NCBI GenBank assembly: GCA_021730905.1
Contig: JAKFYK010000021.1
Coordinates: forward strand, 1,636-65,635
Reading direction: 5' to 3'
Length of the DNA: 64,000 nucleotides
From: Betaproteobacteria bacterium
GTDB taxonomy: Bacteria; Pseudomonadota; Gammaproteobacteria; Burkholderiales; SG8-41
Shown here: positions 1-7,770 of the stretch, one piece after another
Position numbering within the stretch: position 1 is the first letter of the stretch
How the letters are laid out: every line of letters starts with the position of its first letter
Translations under genes and position numbers: made by a program
The notes under the pieces: model-generated
The model's database searches: none
Told to the model about the DNA's origin: nothing
Seen by the model: only the letters and a program-made list of their open reading frames with translations

Positions 1-860
1 ATCGCCAGCGTAAACACCACGAACGCCAGGCTGCCGCCGAGTATCCACCAGTTCGGCGCAGTCTTGTCCGCATGTTCATTCAGCGCCGCGTGGATCGCCT
101 GTGCGCTCATGCCTGCCGCGTGCAAGCGCCGTCGCTCGCGCATTTTGAGCGCCGAGGCAAGCACCACACCCAAGACGGAAATGACCGGAATCACGAGCGC
201 CCATTCGTAAACCTTGGCATAGATCAACGCCTTGGCCGCCTTGGGTATATCGCCGGTGTCGGCAAATACGACAATGTTCACCAGCGCCACCAGCACGCCG
301 CCGCCGATGATGGCCACGCGCCCCAGCGTCTGCATGGTCGTGTGCATGAGCTTCTGTTGTGCGTCGGGAATCGGCTGGCCCGCATCGTCCAGCTTCGGCA
401 CCGCCTCGACCGTCATCGCATCGGCCACCACGTCCTGAATCACATAGCCGACCGGCGACAACAGCGCCGCCAGCACGAACCAGCTTTCGACCGGCATCAC
501 CGCCGCCATTGCCGCGCGATGACCGAGCAGCCCCACCATCATCAGCAAACTCGCCGCAATCAAGCTCGCGCCGAGGTAGACCAGCCAGCCTTTCCAGCGC
601 CAGATCAGATCGACGATATGACCGATCGGCATTTTGATGGCGTACGGCAGGCCCACCCAGAATCCGAGTGCGGCTAGAAATTCCGCCGACAAGCCAAGAT
701 GATCCTTGACGAAGAAGGTGCCGACGATGGCCGTCAGCCCGGAGATGCCCGCCGCCACATAGACCATCATCGGCGGCAGATACGACCAGCGCATCTCGTG
801 CGCGAGTTCGACGATGTTGTCGTCGAACCAGCGGCGCAAAAATTGGATTAAAGCAATCAT
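1..860 (-). CDS. Polytopic membrane transporter (BT1/MFS-like). The N-terminal part is in the window and the C-terminus runs off the window start.
   Basis: Absent from the ORF track because there is no stop in the window. The reverse-strand ATG is at 860..858 and the frame stays open to position 1 (MIALIQFLRRWFDDNIVELAHEMRWSYLPPMMVYVAAGISGLTAIVGTFFVKDHLGLSAEF...). Several hydrophobic helices are visible. The family name is from memory only. Confidence 0.6.
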   Translation of the reverse strand, partial: MIALIQFLRRWFDDNIVELAHEMRWSYLPPMMVYVAAGISGLTAIVGTFFVKDHLGLSAEFLAALGFWVGLPYAIKMPIGHIVDLIWRWKGWLVYLGASLIAASLLMMVGLLGHRAAMAAVMPVESWFVLAALLSPVGYVIQDVVADAMTVEAVPKLDDAGQPIPDAQQKLMHTTMQTLGRVAIIGGGVLVALVNIVVFADTGDIPKAAKALIYAKVYEWALVIPVISVLGVVLASALKMRERRRLHAAGMSAQAIHAALNEHADKTAPNWWILGGSLAFVVFTLA

Positions 861-907
861 GGCTGCATCATAATAGCAGCCGCATTACCTTGTGGTATTT
901 CAGTGGG

Positions 908-1684
908 TCAGTGCAATTGCGAAGGCGGCGGCATCTCGTCTTCGTTACTATGGCCGGCGAGATCAACCGTTTCAGCCGGTTCATCTTCATCATCCACATC
1001 GAGCAAGCCTTCGCCCGCCGATATCGAACTGCCGCCCTGCCCCGGCATGTTCAGTTCGACCTGCGCCGCACCGCTGGATTCGACCAGGGTTCCCAAATCA
1101 TCAAGTGGCGGCAGCTCTTCCAGCGAGCGCAGGCTCAGATCATCGAGAAACTGTTTGGTCGTGGCAAAAATCGCCGGACGGCCCGGCACCTCGCGATAGC
1201 CGATCACATCGATCCAGCCGCGCGCTTCGAGCGCCTTGATGATATTGGTGGACACCACCACGCCGCGTATATCCTCGATGTCTCCGCGCGTCACCGGCTG
1301 CCGGTAGGCGATGATCGCCAGCGTTTCCATCACCGCGCGCGAGTACTTCGGTGCTTTCTGCGGATTCAGCTTATCGAGATAGCGTTGCAGTTCCGGCTTG
1401 GCGCGAAAGCGCCAACCCGACGCCACGTTGACGAGTTCAACACCGCGCCCTTCCCACGCCGCGCGGATTTCATCCAGCAGCCTGCGCACCAACTCGTTGT
1501 TGGTTTCGCCACGCGGAAACATGCGCTTCATGTCGTTCAGTGACAACGGCTCGGGGCTGGTCAGCAGTGCGGTTTCCAGCACCTGCTTGACCAGATCAAC
1601 ATCGAGCGCGGGGCCTTCGGCAAATTCCTCTCGCGCTTCGCCCGCCTCCTGAACTTCCTGTGTTTCCTGTATCTCGTCGCTCAT
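908..1684 (-). CDS. scpB: Segregation and condensation protein B (ScpB)
   Basis: 258-aa ORF with recognisable ScpB core strings (SPEPLSLNDMKRMF, AVMETLAIIAYRQPVTRGDIEDIRGV, GRPAIFATTKQFLD). Its start overlaps the scpA stop (1681..1684). Confidence 0.9.
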   Translation of the reverse strand: MSDEIQETQEVQEAGEAREEFAEGPALDVDLVKQVLETALLTSPEPLSLNDMKRMFPRGETNNELVRRLLDEIRAAWEGRGVELVNVASGWRFRAKPELQRYLDKLNPQKAPKYSRAVMETLAIIAYRQPVTRGDIEDIRGVVVSTNIIKALEARGWIDVIGYREVPGRPAIFATTKQFLDDLSLRSLEELPPLDDLGTLVESSGAAQVELNMPGQGGSSISAGEGLLDVDDEDEPAETVDLAGHSNEDEMPPPSQLH

Positions 1685-2520
1685 GCGTTCACCGTCATTT
1701 CAGCGTTTCTCAGTTTTACATAAATGGGCGCGTAACCCTGCTCCTGCGTGATCTGCACCAGCGATTCGCGCGCAAGTTCAAGGATCGCGATAAACGTCAC
1801 CACCAGCACCGGCAAACCTTCATTTGCGGTGAACAGATGCGTGAACTCTACGAACTCGGCATCCTGCAGGCGGCGCAAAATGCGCGTCATGTGCGCGCGC
1901 ACCGACAATTGCTCGCGTGTGATCGTGTGATGCTTATGGACGTTCGCGCGATTCAGTATCGTCAGCCACGCCAGCTTCAAATCGATGGCATCCACGTCCG
2001 GGGGAATCGCATCATCGCGCTCGAACAGCACATTCACCAGCGAATAGTCGCGGCCGGCTACCGGAATCTCGTTGAGCTGCAGCGCGGCCTTCTTCATCTG
2101 CTCGTACTCAAGCAGGCGCCGCACCAGCTCCGCGCGCGGGTCTTCTTCCAGCGTAATGCCCGAAGGACGAGGCAACAGCATGCGCGACTTGATCTCGATC
2201 AGCATCGCCGCCATCAACAGATATTCCGCTGCGAGTTCAAGCTGCTTGGTGCGCATCAACTCGACATACTCCAGATACTGCCCCGTCAGCTTCGCCATCG
2301 GAATATCGAGAACGCTGATGTTCTCCTTGCGGATCAGATACAACAGCAAATCCAGCGGCCCTTCGAACTGCTCAAGAAAAACTTCCAGCGCATCCGGCGG
2401 AATGTAGAGATCGTGCGGCATCTCCAACATCGGCTCGCCATAGACCTTGGCAATGCGCTCCACAGCGGCATCTATCGGCAGCATAGGTTCCGGCACAGAT
2501 GAATCCAGAACGGCGCTCAT
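1681..2520 (-). CDS. scpA: Segregation and condensation protein A (ScpA kleisin)
   Basis: 279-aa ORF carrying the N-terminal ScpA signature FEGPLDLLLYLIRKENISVLDIPMAKLTGQYLEYV. It is adjacent and translationally coupled to scpB. Confidence 0.9.
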   Translation of the reverse strand: MSAVLDSSVPEPMLPIDAAVERIAKVYGEPMLEMPHDLYIPPDALEVFLEQFEGPLDLLLYLIRKENISVLDIPMAKLTGQYLEYVELMRTKQLELAAEYLLMAAMLIEIKSRMLLPRPSGITLEEDPRAELVRRLLEYEQMKKAALQLNEIPVAGRDYSLVNVLFERDDAIPPDVDAIDLKLAWLTILNRANVHKHHTITREQLSVRAHMTRILRRLQDAEFVEFTHLFTANEGLPVLVVTFIAILELARESLVQITQEQGYAPIYVKLRNAEMTVNA

Positions 2521-2552
2521 ACTGCCCTGCTTTCACCTACGAACAATGATGA

Positions 2553-2571
2553 TAAGTATATGTTTTTATTA
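2553..2571 (-). repeat. AT-rich recurrent motif, copy a (diverged)
   Basis: The minus strand reads TAATAAAAACATATACTTA, about 33 nt upstream of the scpA start (2520) in sense orientation. Confidence 0.6.
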
Positions 2572-2765
2572 AACATTTTTCTCTTTATCGCGCCCAGTCC
2601 AAGGCGCACGCGAGATTCTACCGCATTTCAAGCAAAAACCCACAAGCTATAGTGTTTACTGCCACCGTCGAACGCAATAGATTGATAAGGGGTTGATTCA
2701 CAACAGCTTTCGGTTAGGCGGCAGTGAGCCACATAAGTTCGCACCGAAAGTTGAGTCCCGACTGT

Positions 2766-2849
2766 CTGTCATTCCCGCGAAGGCGGGAATCCATAACGCC
2801 GGTGCCATTTGAGGCATTGCATGGATTCCCGCCTTCGCGGGAATGACAG
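2766..2849. repeat. REP/MITE-like element: perfect 29-bp inverted repeat with a 26-bp spacer
   Basis: 2766..2794 ctgtcattcccgcgaaggcgggaatccat is the exact reverse complement of 2821..2849 atggattcccgccttcgcgggaatgacag. Each arm holds the internal palindrome attcccgc-gaag-gcgggaat. The track ORF 2809..3066 (MDSRLRGNDR...) is just its translation. Confidence 0.85.
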
Positions 2850-2915
2850 GAAGGTTATTCTCCCGTGCGCTCAAAGGCGCCCTCGCAATCCCCCTGTGAG
2901 CCGCCGAGCAGCACA

Positions 2916-2998
2916 GCCAAGTCAGGGAATTCTGCGAGGACTGTTTGAGTCCTCGCGTGCTTTTTGCGAGGGCGAGTTCCGCAGCAGCCTGACTTGGC
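2916..2998. repeat. Nested palindromes (REP-like)
   Basis: The outer arms gccaagtcagg (2916..2926) and cctgacttggc (2988..2998) are complementary. The inner hairpin is gcgaggac (2934..2941) with gtcctcgc (2949..2956). Confidence 0.7.
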
Positions 2999-3050
2999 GA
3001 GCAGCGCAGGGAAGTCCGAAGGACCGGCGAGCCGGGGGCGGTTTTTCTTT

Positions 3051-3086
3051 GGTTACTTTCTTTTGAACGCTCAAAAGAAAGTAACC
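3051..3086. repeat. Perfect 14-bp stem hairpin (REP-like)
   Basis: ggttactttctttt (3051..3064), loop gaacgctc, aaaagaaagtaacc (3073..3086). Confidence 0.8.
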
Positions 3087-3254
3087 AGCCGCCGGGCTGC
3101 CCCCGGCGAAGTTGAAGTTATGTTTGCGTTGCTAAGTGCTTTCATTCAGCGCAATAGGATTGCACCCTATTGAAACACCTAGGTTCATTGACAGTCCTCC
3201 TCGGAAAGCTCAAAAATAAAAGTTGGGCCGCTTAACACCCAATCCGTTCTCAAC

Positions 3255-4457
3255 TTACGAATACCCCAACCCCATAACCTCCCGAACATCCCGCAACGTC
3301 TCCTGCGCCATCTTCCGCGCCTTCTCACACCCGTCGGCAACGATGTTCTTCACCAAAGTAGGATCATCCAGATAGCGCTGCGCCCGCTCCCGCATCGGCT
3401 GCTGTTCGGCAATGATGGCGTCGATCACCGGCTGCTTGCACTCCAGGCAGCCAATCCCCGCACTACGACACCCCTGCTGCACCCACTGCTTTTTCTCGTC
3501 ATCCGAGTACACCAGATGCAATTGCCACACCGGGCATTTTTCCGGGTCGCCAGGATCCGTGCGTTTCACGCGCGCTGGATCGGTGGGCATGGTCTTGATT
3601 TTTTTCGCTACACTGTCGGCGTCCTCGCGCAGCGAAATCGTATTGTTGTACGACTTCGACATTTTCTGCCCATCAAGGCCGGGCATTTTTGACGCTTCGG
3701 TCAACAGCGCCTGCGGCTCAGTGAGGATCACCTTGCCGCCGCCTTCGATATAGCCGAACAGCCGTTCGCGGTCGCCCATCGTCAGATTCTGGGTTTCGTT
3801 GAGCAGCGCGCGCGCCGCGGCCAGCGCTTCGGCATCACCCCTTTCCATGTAGTTCTTGCGGTGCTGACGGTACACCTTGGCGCGGCGCGAGCCGAGTTTC
3901 TTGACCGCGGCTTCGGCTTTCTCCTCGAAACCGGGCTCGCGTCCGAACACGTGGTTGAAGCGGCGCGCGATTTCGCGGGTGATTTCGACATGCGGCACCT
4001 GGTCCTCACCCACCGGCACGCGGTTGGCGCGGTAGATCAGGATGTCGGCGCTTTGCAGCAGCGGATAACCGAGAAAGCCGTACGTCGCGAGGTCTTTCTC
4101 GGCGAGTTTTTCCTGTTGATCTTTATAGGTCGGCACGCGCTCCAGCCAGCCCAGCGGCGTGATCATCGACAGCAGCAGATGCAGTTCGGCGTGCTCCGGC
4201 ACGCGCGACTGTATGAACAGCGTGGCCTGCGCCGGATCGACGCCGGCCGCCAGCCAGTCGATCACCATATCCCATACATGCTGCTCGATGTGGCTGGGAT
4301 CATCGTAGTGCGTGGTCAGCGCATGCCAGTCGGCGACAAAGAACAGGCATTCGAATTCATGCTGCAGGCGCACCCAGTTTTTGAGCACGCCGTGATAGTG
4401 GCCTAAATGCAACGCGCCAGTGGGGCGCATGCCGGAAAGTACGCGATTTGCAAACAT
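3255..4457 (-). CDS. trpS: Tryptophan--tRNA ligase, long (400 aa) form with a C-terminal Cys cluster
   Basis: Class I signatures GALHLGHY (HIGH-type) and KMSKS are present, and the N-terminus RVLSGMRPTG is typical of TrpRS. The Cys motif Cx21Cx6Cx2C lies at residues 308-340. Confidence 0.92.
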   Translation of the reverse strand: MFANRVLSGMRPTGALHLGHYHGVLKNWVRLQHEFECLFFVADWHALTTHYDDPSHIEQHVWDMVIDWLAAGVDPAQATLFIQSRVPEHAELHLLLSMITPLGWLERVPTYKDQQEKLAEKDLATYGFLGYPLLQSADILIYRANRVPVGEDQVPHVEITREIARRFNHVFGREPGFEEKAEAAVKKLGSRRAKVYRQHRKNYMERGDAEALAAARALLNETQNLTMGDRERLFGYIEGGGKVILTEPQALLTEASKMPGLDGQKMSKSYNNTISLREDADSVAKKIKTMPTDPARVKRTDPGDPEKCPVWQLHLVYSDDEKKQWVQQGCRSAGIGCLECKQPVIDAIIAEQQPMRERAQRYLDDPTLVKNIVADGCEKARKMAQETLRDVREVMGLGYS

Positions 4458-4461
4458 GATG

Positions 4462-5163
4462 TTATTTGGACAGCAGCTTCAAAAGTTTATAAAGATCGAG
4501 CACGGAAACATCCGCCAGCGCCGCGACCAACTGTATGGTAATCGTTACCAGCGGCCACAGCACCACGTCGAGCACCCTGGTAAACAGCAGCGCGAGGATA
4601 ATGAAAAAACCGTAAGGCTCGATGCGCGAAAACGCATACGCCTGGCGGTGCGGCAACAGGCTCACCATGATGCGTCCGCCGTCGAGCGGTGGTATCGGCA
4701 GCAGATTGAGCGCCATGAAAATAGCGTTCACCATCACGCCCGCCGCGCCCATCAGCGCCAGCGGCACTGAAAATTGACCCGCGACATCAGTGAACGCAAA
4801 CTTCACCACCAGCACCCAGAAAATCGCCATCACCAGATTGGCGCCCGGGCCCGCCGCCGCCACCCATAGCATGTCGCGCTTGGGATGGCGCAGATTGGCA
4901 AAGTTCACCGGCACCGGCTTGGCCCAGCCGAAAATGAATCCGCCGCCGAACAATTTTGACAACGCCAACAGCAGCAACGGCAGCGCGACCGTGCCGATGG
5001 GATCGATATGGCGTATCGGATTCAGGCTCACGCGTCCCTGCGAATACGCCGTGAGATCGCCGAAATACTTGGCCACGTAGCCATGCGCGGCCTCGTGCAG
5101 CGTGATCGCAAAAATCACCGGAATCGCATAAATCGCGATCACCTGAATCACGCTCAGTTCCAT
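4462..5163 (-). CDS. Site-2 protease family (peptidase M50) membrane metalloprotease
   Basis: 233-aa polytopic ORF with the HExxH motif (LHEAAHGYVA) in the first helix and LNLLPIPPLDGGRI downstream. Confidence 0.85.
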   Translation of the reverse strand: MELSVIQVIAIYAIPVIFAITLHEAAHGYVAKYFGDLTAYSQGRVSLNPIRHIDPIGTVALPLLLLALSKLFGGGFIFGWAKPVPVNFANLRHPKRDMLWVAAAGPGANLVMAIFWVLVVKFAFTDVAGQFSVPLALMGAAGVMVNAIFMALNLLPIPPLDGGRIMVSLLPHRQAYAFSRIEPYGFFIILALLFTRVLDVVLWPLVTITIQLVAALADVSVLDLYKLLKLLSK

Positions 5164-5195
5164 GCGCGCCTTGCTGTCACGAAAGCATAATTTTC

Positions 5196-5219
5196 GTAAC
5201 TATTTGTTTTTATTGAGTA
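5196..5219 (-). repeat. AT-rich recurrent motif, copy b
   Basis: The minus strand reads TACTCAATAAAAACAAATAGTTAC, about 33 nt upstream of the M50 protease start (5163) in sense orientation. Its first 20 nt are identical to copy c. Confidence 0.8.
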
Positions 5220-5292
5220 TTTTTTCATGCTGTTGACGGTTGCCCACGAGCAGGCAACACCGAGTGTAGCGCACCGGCGCAAACCGTAGCGA

Positions 5293-5916
5293 CTACACAC
5301 CGAACAGTGCGGTATCGCCCTTGCCCACGCGTGTGATCAACGGCTCCGGGCCGGTGAGATTGACTACGGTCGTCGGCTCAACGCCGCAAGGACCCGCATC
5401 GAGTATCAGATCCACCTGGTGATCAAGCCGCTCACGGAATTCTTCGGGATCGTTCAGCGGCACCTCGTCGCCGGGCAACGTCAACGTCGATGACAGTAAC
5501 GGCTCGTTGAGTTCGGCCAATAGCGCGCGCACCACCGGATGGTCGGGGATGCGCACGCCGATGGTACGGCGGCTCGGATGCTGCAGGCGCTTGGGCACTT
5601 CGCGCGTGGCCTCCAGAATAAATGCGTAACAGCCCGGCGTCGCGGCCTTGAGCATGCGGTACTGACGGTTGTCGACTTTCGCGTAGGTCGCGATCTCGGA
5701 TAAATCGCGGCATACCAGTGAAAAATGATGCCGCGCATCGACCTGACGGATCGTGCGCATGCGTTCCATCGCCGCCTTGTCGCCGATGTGACAGCCCAGT
5801 GCATAACACGAGTCGGTCGGATACACGATCACGCCGCCGGAACGCACGATTTCCGCGGCCTGGCGGATCAGGCGCGGCTGCGGATCGACGGGGTGAATTT
5901 CGATGTATTGCGACAT
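5293..5916 (-). CDS. yciO: Sua5/YciO/YrdC-family protein (YciO-like, L-threonylcarbamoyladenylate synthase fold)
   Basis: 207 aa with VIVYPTDSCYALGC and a single-domain length like YciO. It sits next to a trpH-like gene, as in E. coli trpH-yciO (from memory). Confidence 0.75.
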   Translation of the reverse strand: MSQYIEIHPVDPQPRLIRQAAEIVRSGGVIVYPTDSCYALGCHIGDKAAMERMRTIRQVDARHHFSLVCRDLSEIATYAKVDNRQYRMLKAATPGCYAFILEATREVPKRLQHPSRRTIGVRIPDHPVVRALLAELNEPLLSSTLTLPGDEVPLNDPEEFRERLDHQVDLILDAGPCGVEPTTVVNLTGPEPLITRVGKGDTALFGV

Positions 5917-6016
5917 TGTATTGTTGGTAATGTGGAGTGCGGGAGCTTGCTCCCGCTTTCAGCACCGTGAAAAGCCCCGGAACATCAAAGCGGCGGCAAG
6001 CCGCCGCACTCCAAAT

Positions 6017-6847
6017 TCAAAAATCCGCCCACACCGGCGTCACCCCATACGGCAAATCCGGCAGTTTGCCCAGATCGAGATAACTCTCACCCGGGCCATG
6101 AAAATCCGATCCCGCCGATGCCTTTAATCCGTAACGCTGCGCGTAGCGTGCCCACGTCGCGTATTGATCTGCGGTATGACTGCCGGTCACCACTTCGACG
6201 CCCACGCCGCCGAGATCGCGAAACGCACCGAGAAGTTCTTCACGCTGACGGTTGATGAGTTTGTAACGTCCCGGATGCGCGATCACCGCTGCACCGCCCG
6301 CCGCCGTGATCCAGCGCACCGCTTGCGCCAGCTCCGCCCATTGGTGTTTGACGTAACCCGGCTTGCCCGGCGTGAGATAGCGCTTGAATGCAGTCTGCGT
6401 ATCCTGCACCGCCCCGCGTTCGACAAGGTAGCGCGCGAAATGCGTGCGGCTCAGCAAATCCGGATTACGCGCGTAGCGCCGTGCGCCGTCGAGCGCACCC
6501 TCGACACCCGCGCGCTCAAGATCGGCCGCGATACGTTCGGCACGTGCGTGACGGCCCACGCGCACCGTGCGCAAACCCTTGGCGATTTCCGGGTGCTGCG
6601 GATCGATATTGAGGCCGACAATATGCAGCGTTTCATCCTGCCACGACACCGAAATTTCCACGCCGGCGATGAATTTCATGCCTCGCGATTCAGCTTGCGC
6701 GCGAGCCTCGGCCAAACCGCTGAGCTCGTCGTGATCGGTGAGTGCAAATGTTTTCACACCCTGCCCAAACGCACGCTGCACCAGATCTGAAGGCGTCAGC
6801 ATGCCGTCGGAATGAGTGGAATGACTATGCAGATCAACATCCAGCAT
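6017..6847 (-). CDS. trpH: PHP-domain phosphoesterase (TrpH/YciV-like)
   Basis: MLDVDLHSHSTHSDG is the classic PHP N-terminus. I prefer the ATG at 6847 over the TTG at 6871 used by the track. Confidence 0.85.
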   Translation of the reverse strand: MLDVDLHSHSTHSDGMLTPSDLVQRAFGQGVKTFALTDHDELSGLAEARAQAESRGMKFIAGVEISVSWQDETLHIVGLNIDPQHPEIAKGLRTVRVGRHARAERIAADLERAGVEGALDGARRYARNPDLLSRTHFARYLVERGAVQDTQTAFKRYLTPGKPGYVKHQWAELAQAVRWITAAGGAAVIAHPGRYKLINRQREELLGAFRDLGGVGVEVVTGSHTADQYATWARYAQRYGLKASAGSDFHGPGESYLDLGKLPDLPYGVTPVWADF

Positions 6848-6855
6848 ATGGAAAT

Positions 6856-6880
6856 TACTCAATAAAAACAAATAGATAAG
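6856..6880 (+). repeat. AT-rich recurrent motif, copy c
   Basis: tactcaataaaaacaaatagataag lies in the divergent spacer between trpH and the DUF1223 gene. Confidence 0.8.
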
Positions 6881-6980
6881 AAAACAGGCTCGGCATCATA
6901 GCAGAATCGAGTGACAGTAGCATGGCGGCGTAAGGTTGCATCGCGGCATCCGACCAACGAAAAACCTCACGAGAACTCAA

Positions 6981-7751
6981 ATGAAGTTTGCCGCCTGCAT
7001 CGCCCTCATCATGATGCTGAACACCGCCAACGCGCACGCCGCCACTTGCAACGCCACCAGCGGCGAGCGACGCGTGGCTCTGCTCGAGTTGTATACCTCG
7101 GAAGGCTGCGACAGTTGCCCGCCCGCCGATCGCTGGGTGAGCACGCTGCCCACGCGCGGCCTCAGTCCAGACCGCGTGGTCACGCTCGCGTATCACGTCG
7201 ATTACTGGAACTATCTCGGCTGGACGGATCCGTTCGCGCAGGCACGTTTCACCGAGCGCCAGCGCTTTGTTAACAACCGCATACACAATCGCACGATCTA
7301 TACACCGCAACTGATGCTCGACGGCAAAGACTACCGTCAGGGATTTTTGCGGGACGATTTTCAGGAACGCGTCGCCGCCGTCAATCGCGAAAAACCGGGC
7401 GCGGATATCGCACTGTCGTTGGCGTCAGGCACGGGATCGAACGCCGTGGATGCTTCCGCGCGCATCACGCTCAATCGCAAAGACAGTGGCGCAACGGTAT
7501 TTCTTGCCCTCTATGAAAACAAACTCGCCAGCCAGGTCAGTGCGGGTGAAAACAGAGGCAAGCGCCTGCAACATGATTTCGTAGTGCGCGAATTGGCAGG
7601 GCCGTTCGCGACAGATGCACGCGGCGCGATCACTCACAAATTTCGCGTGGCGCCAGCGTGGAAAACGCGCGACCTTTCGGTAGCGGCATTCGTGCAAACA
7701 GCAGCTACCGGCGAGGTGTTGCAGGCGCTGGCACTGCCGTGGTGCGGCTGA
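6981..7751 (+). CDS. DUF1223-family secreted protein (thioredoxin-like, CxxC)
   Basis: A signal-like MKFAACIALIMMLNTANAHA is followed by LELYTSEGCDSCPPADRW and HVDYWNYLGWTDPFA, strings I associate with DUF1223. The ATG at 6981 is preferred over 6936. Confidence 0.8.
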   Translation: MKFAACIALIMMLNTANAHAATCNATSGERRVALLELYTSEGCDSCPPADRWVSTLPTRGLSPDRVVTLAYHVDYWNYLGWTDPFAQARFTERQRFVNNRIHNRTIYTPQLMLDGKDYRQGFLRDDFQERVAAVNREKPGADIALSLASGTGSNAVDASARITLNRKDSGATVFLALYENKLASQVSAGENRGKRLQHDFVVRELAGPFATDARGAITHKFRVAPAWKTRDLSVAAFVQTAATGEVLQALALPWCG

Positions 7752-7770
7752 TCCCTGCCGCTACCCAACA

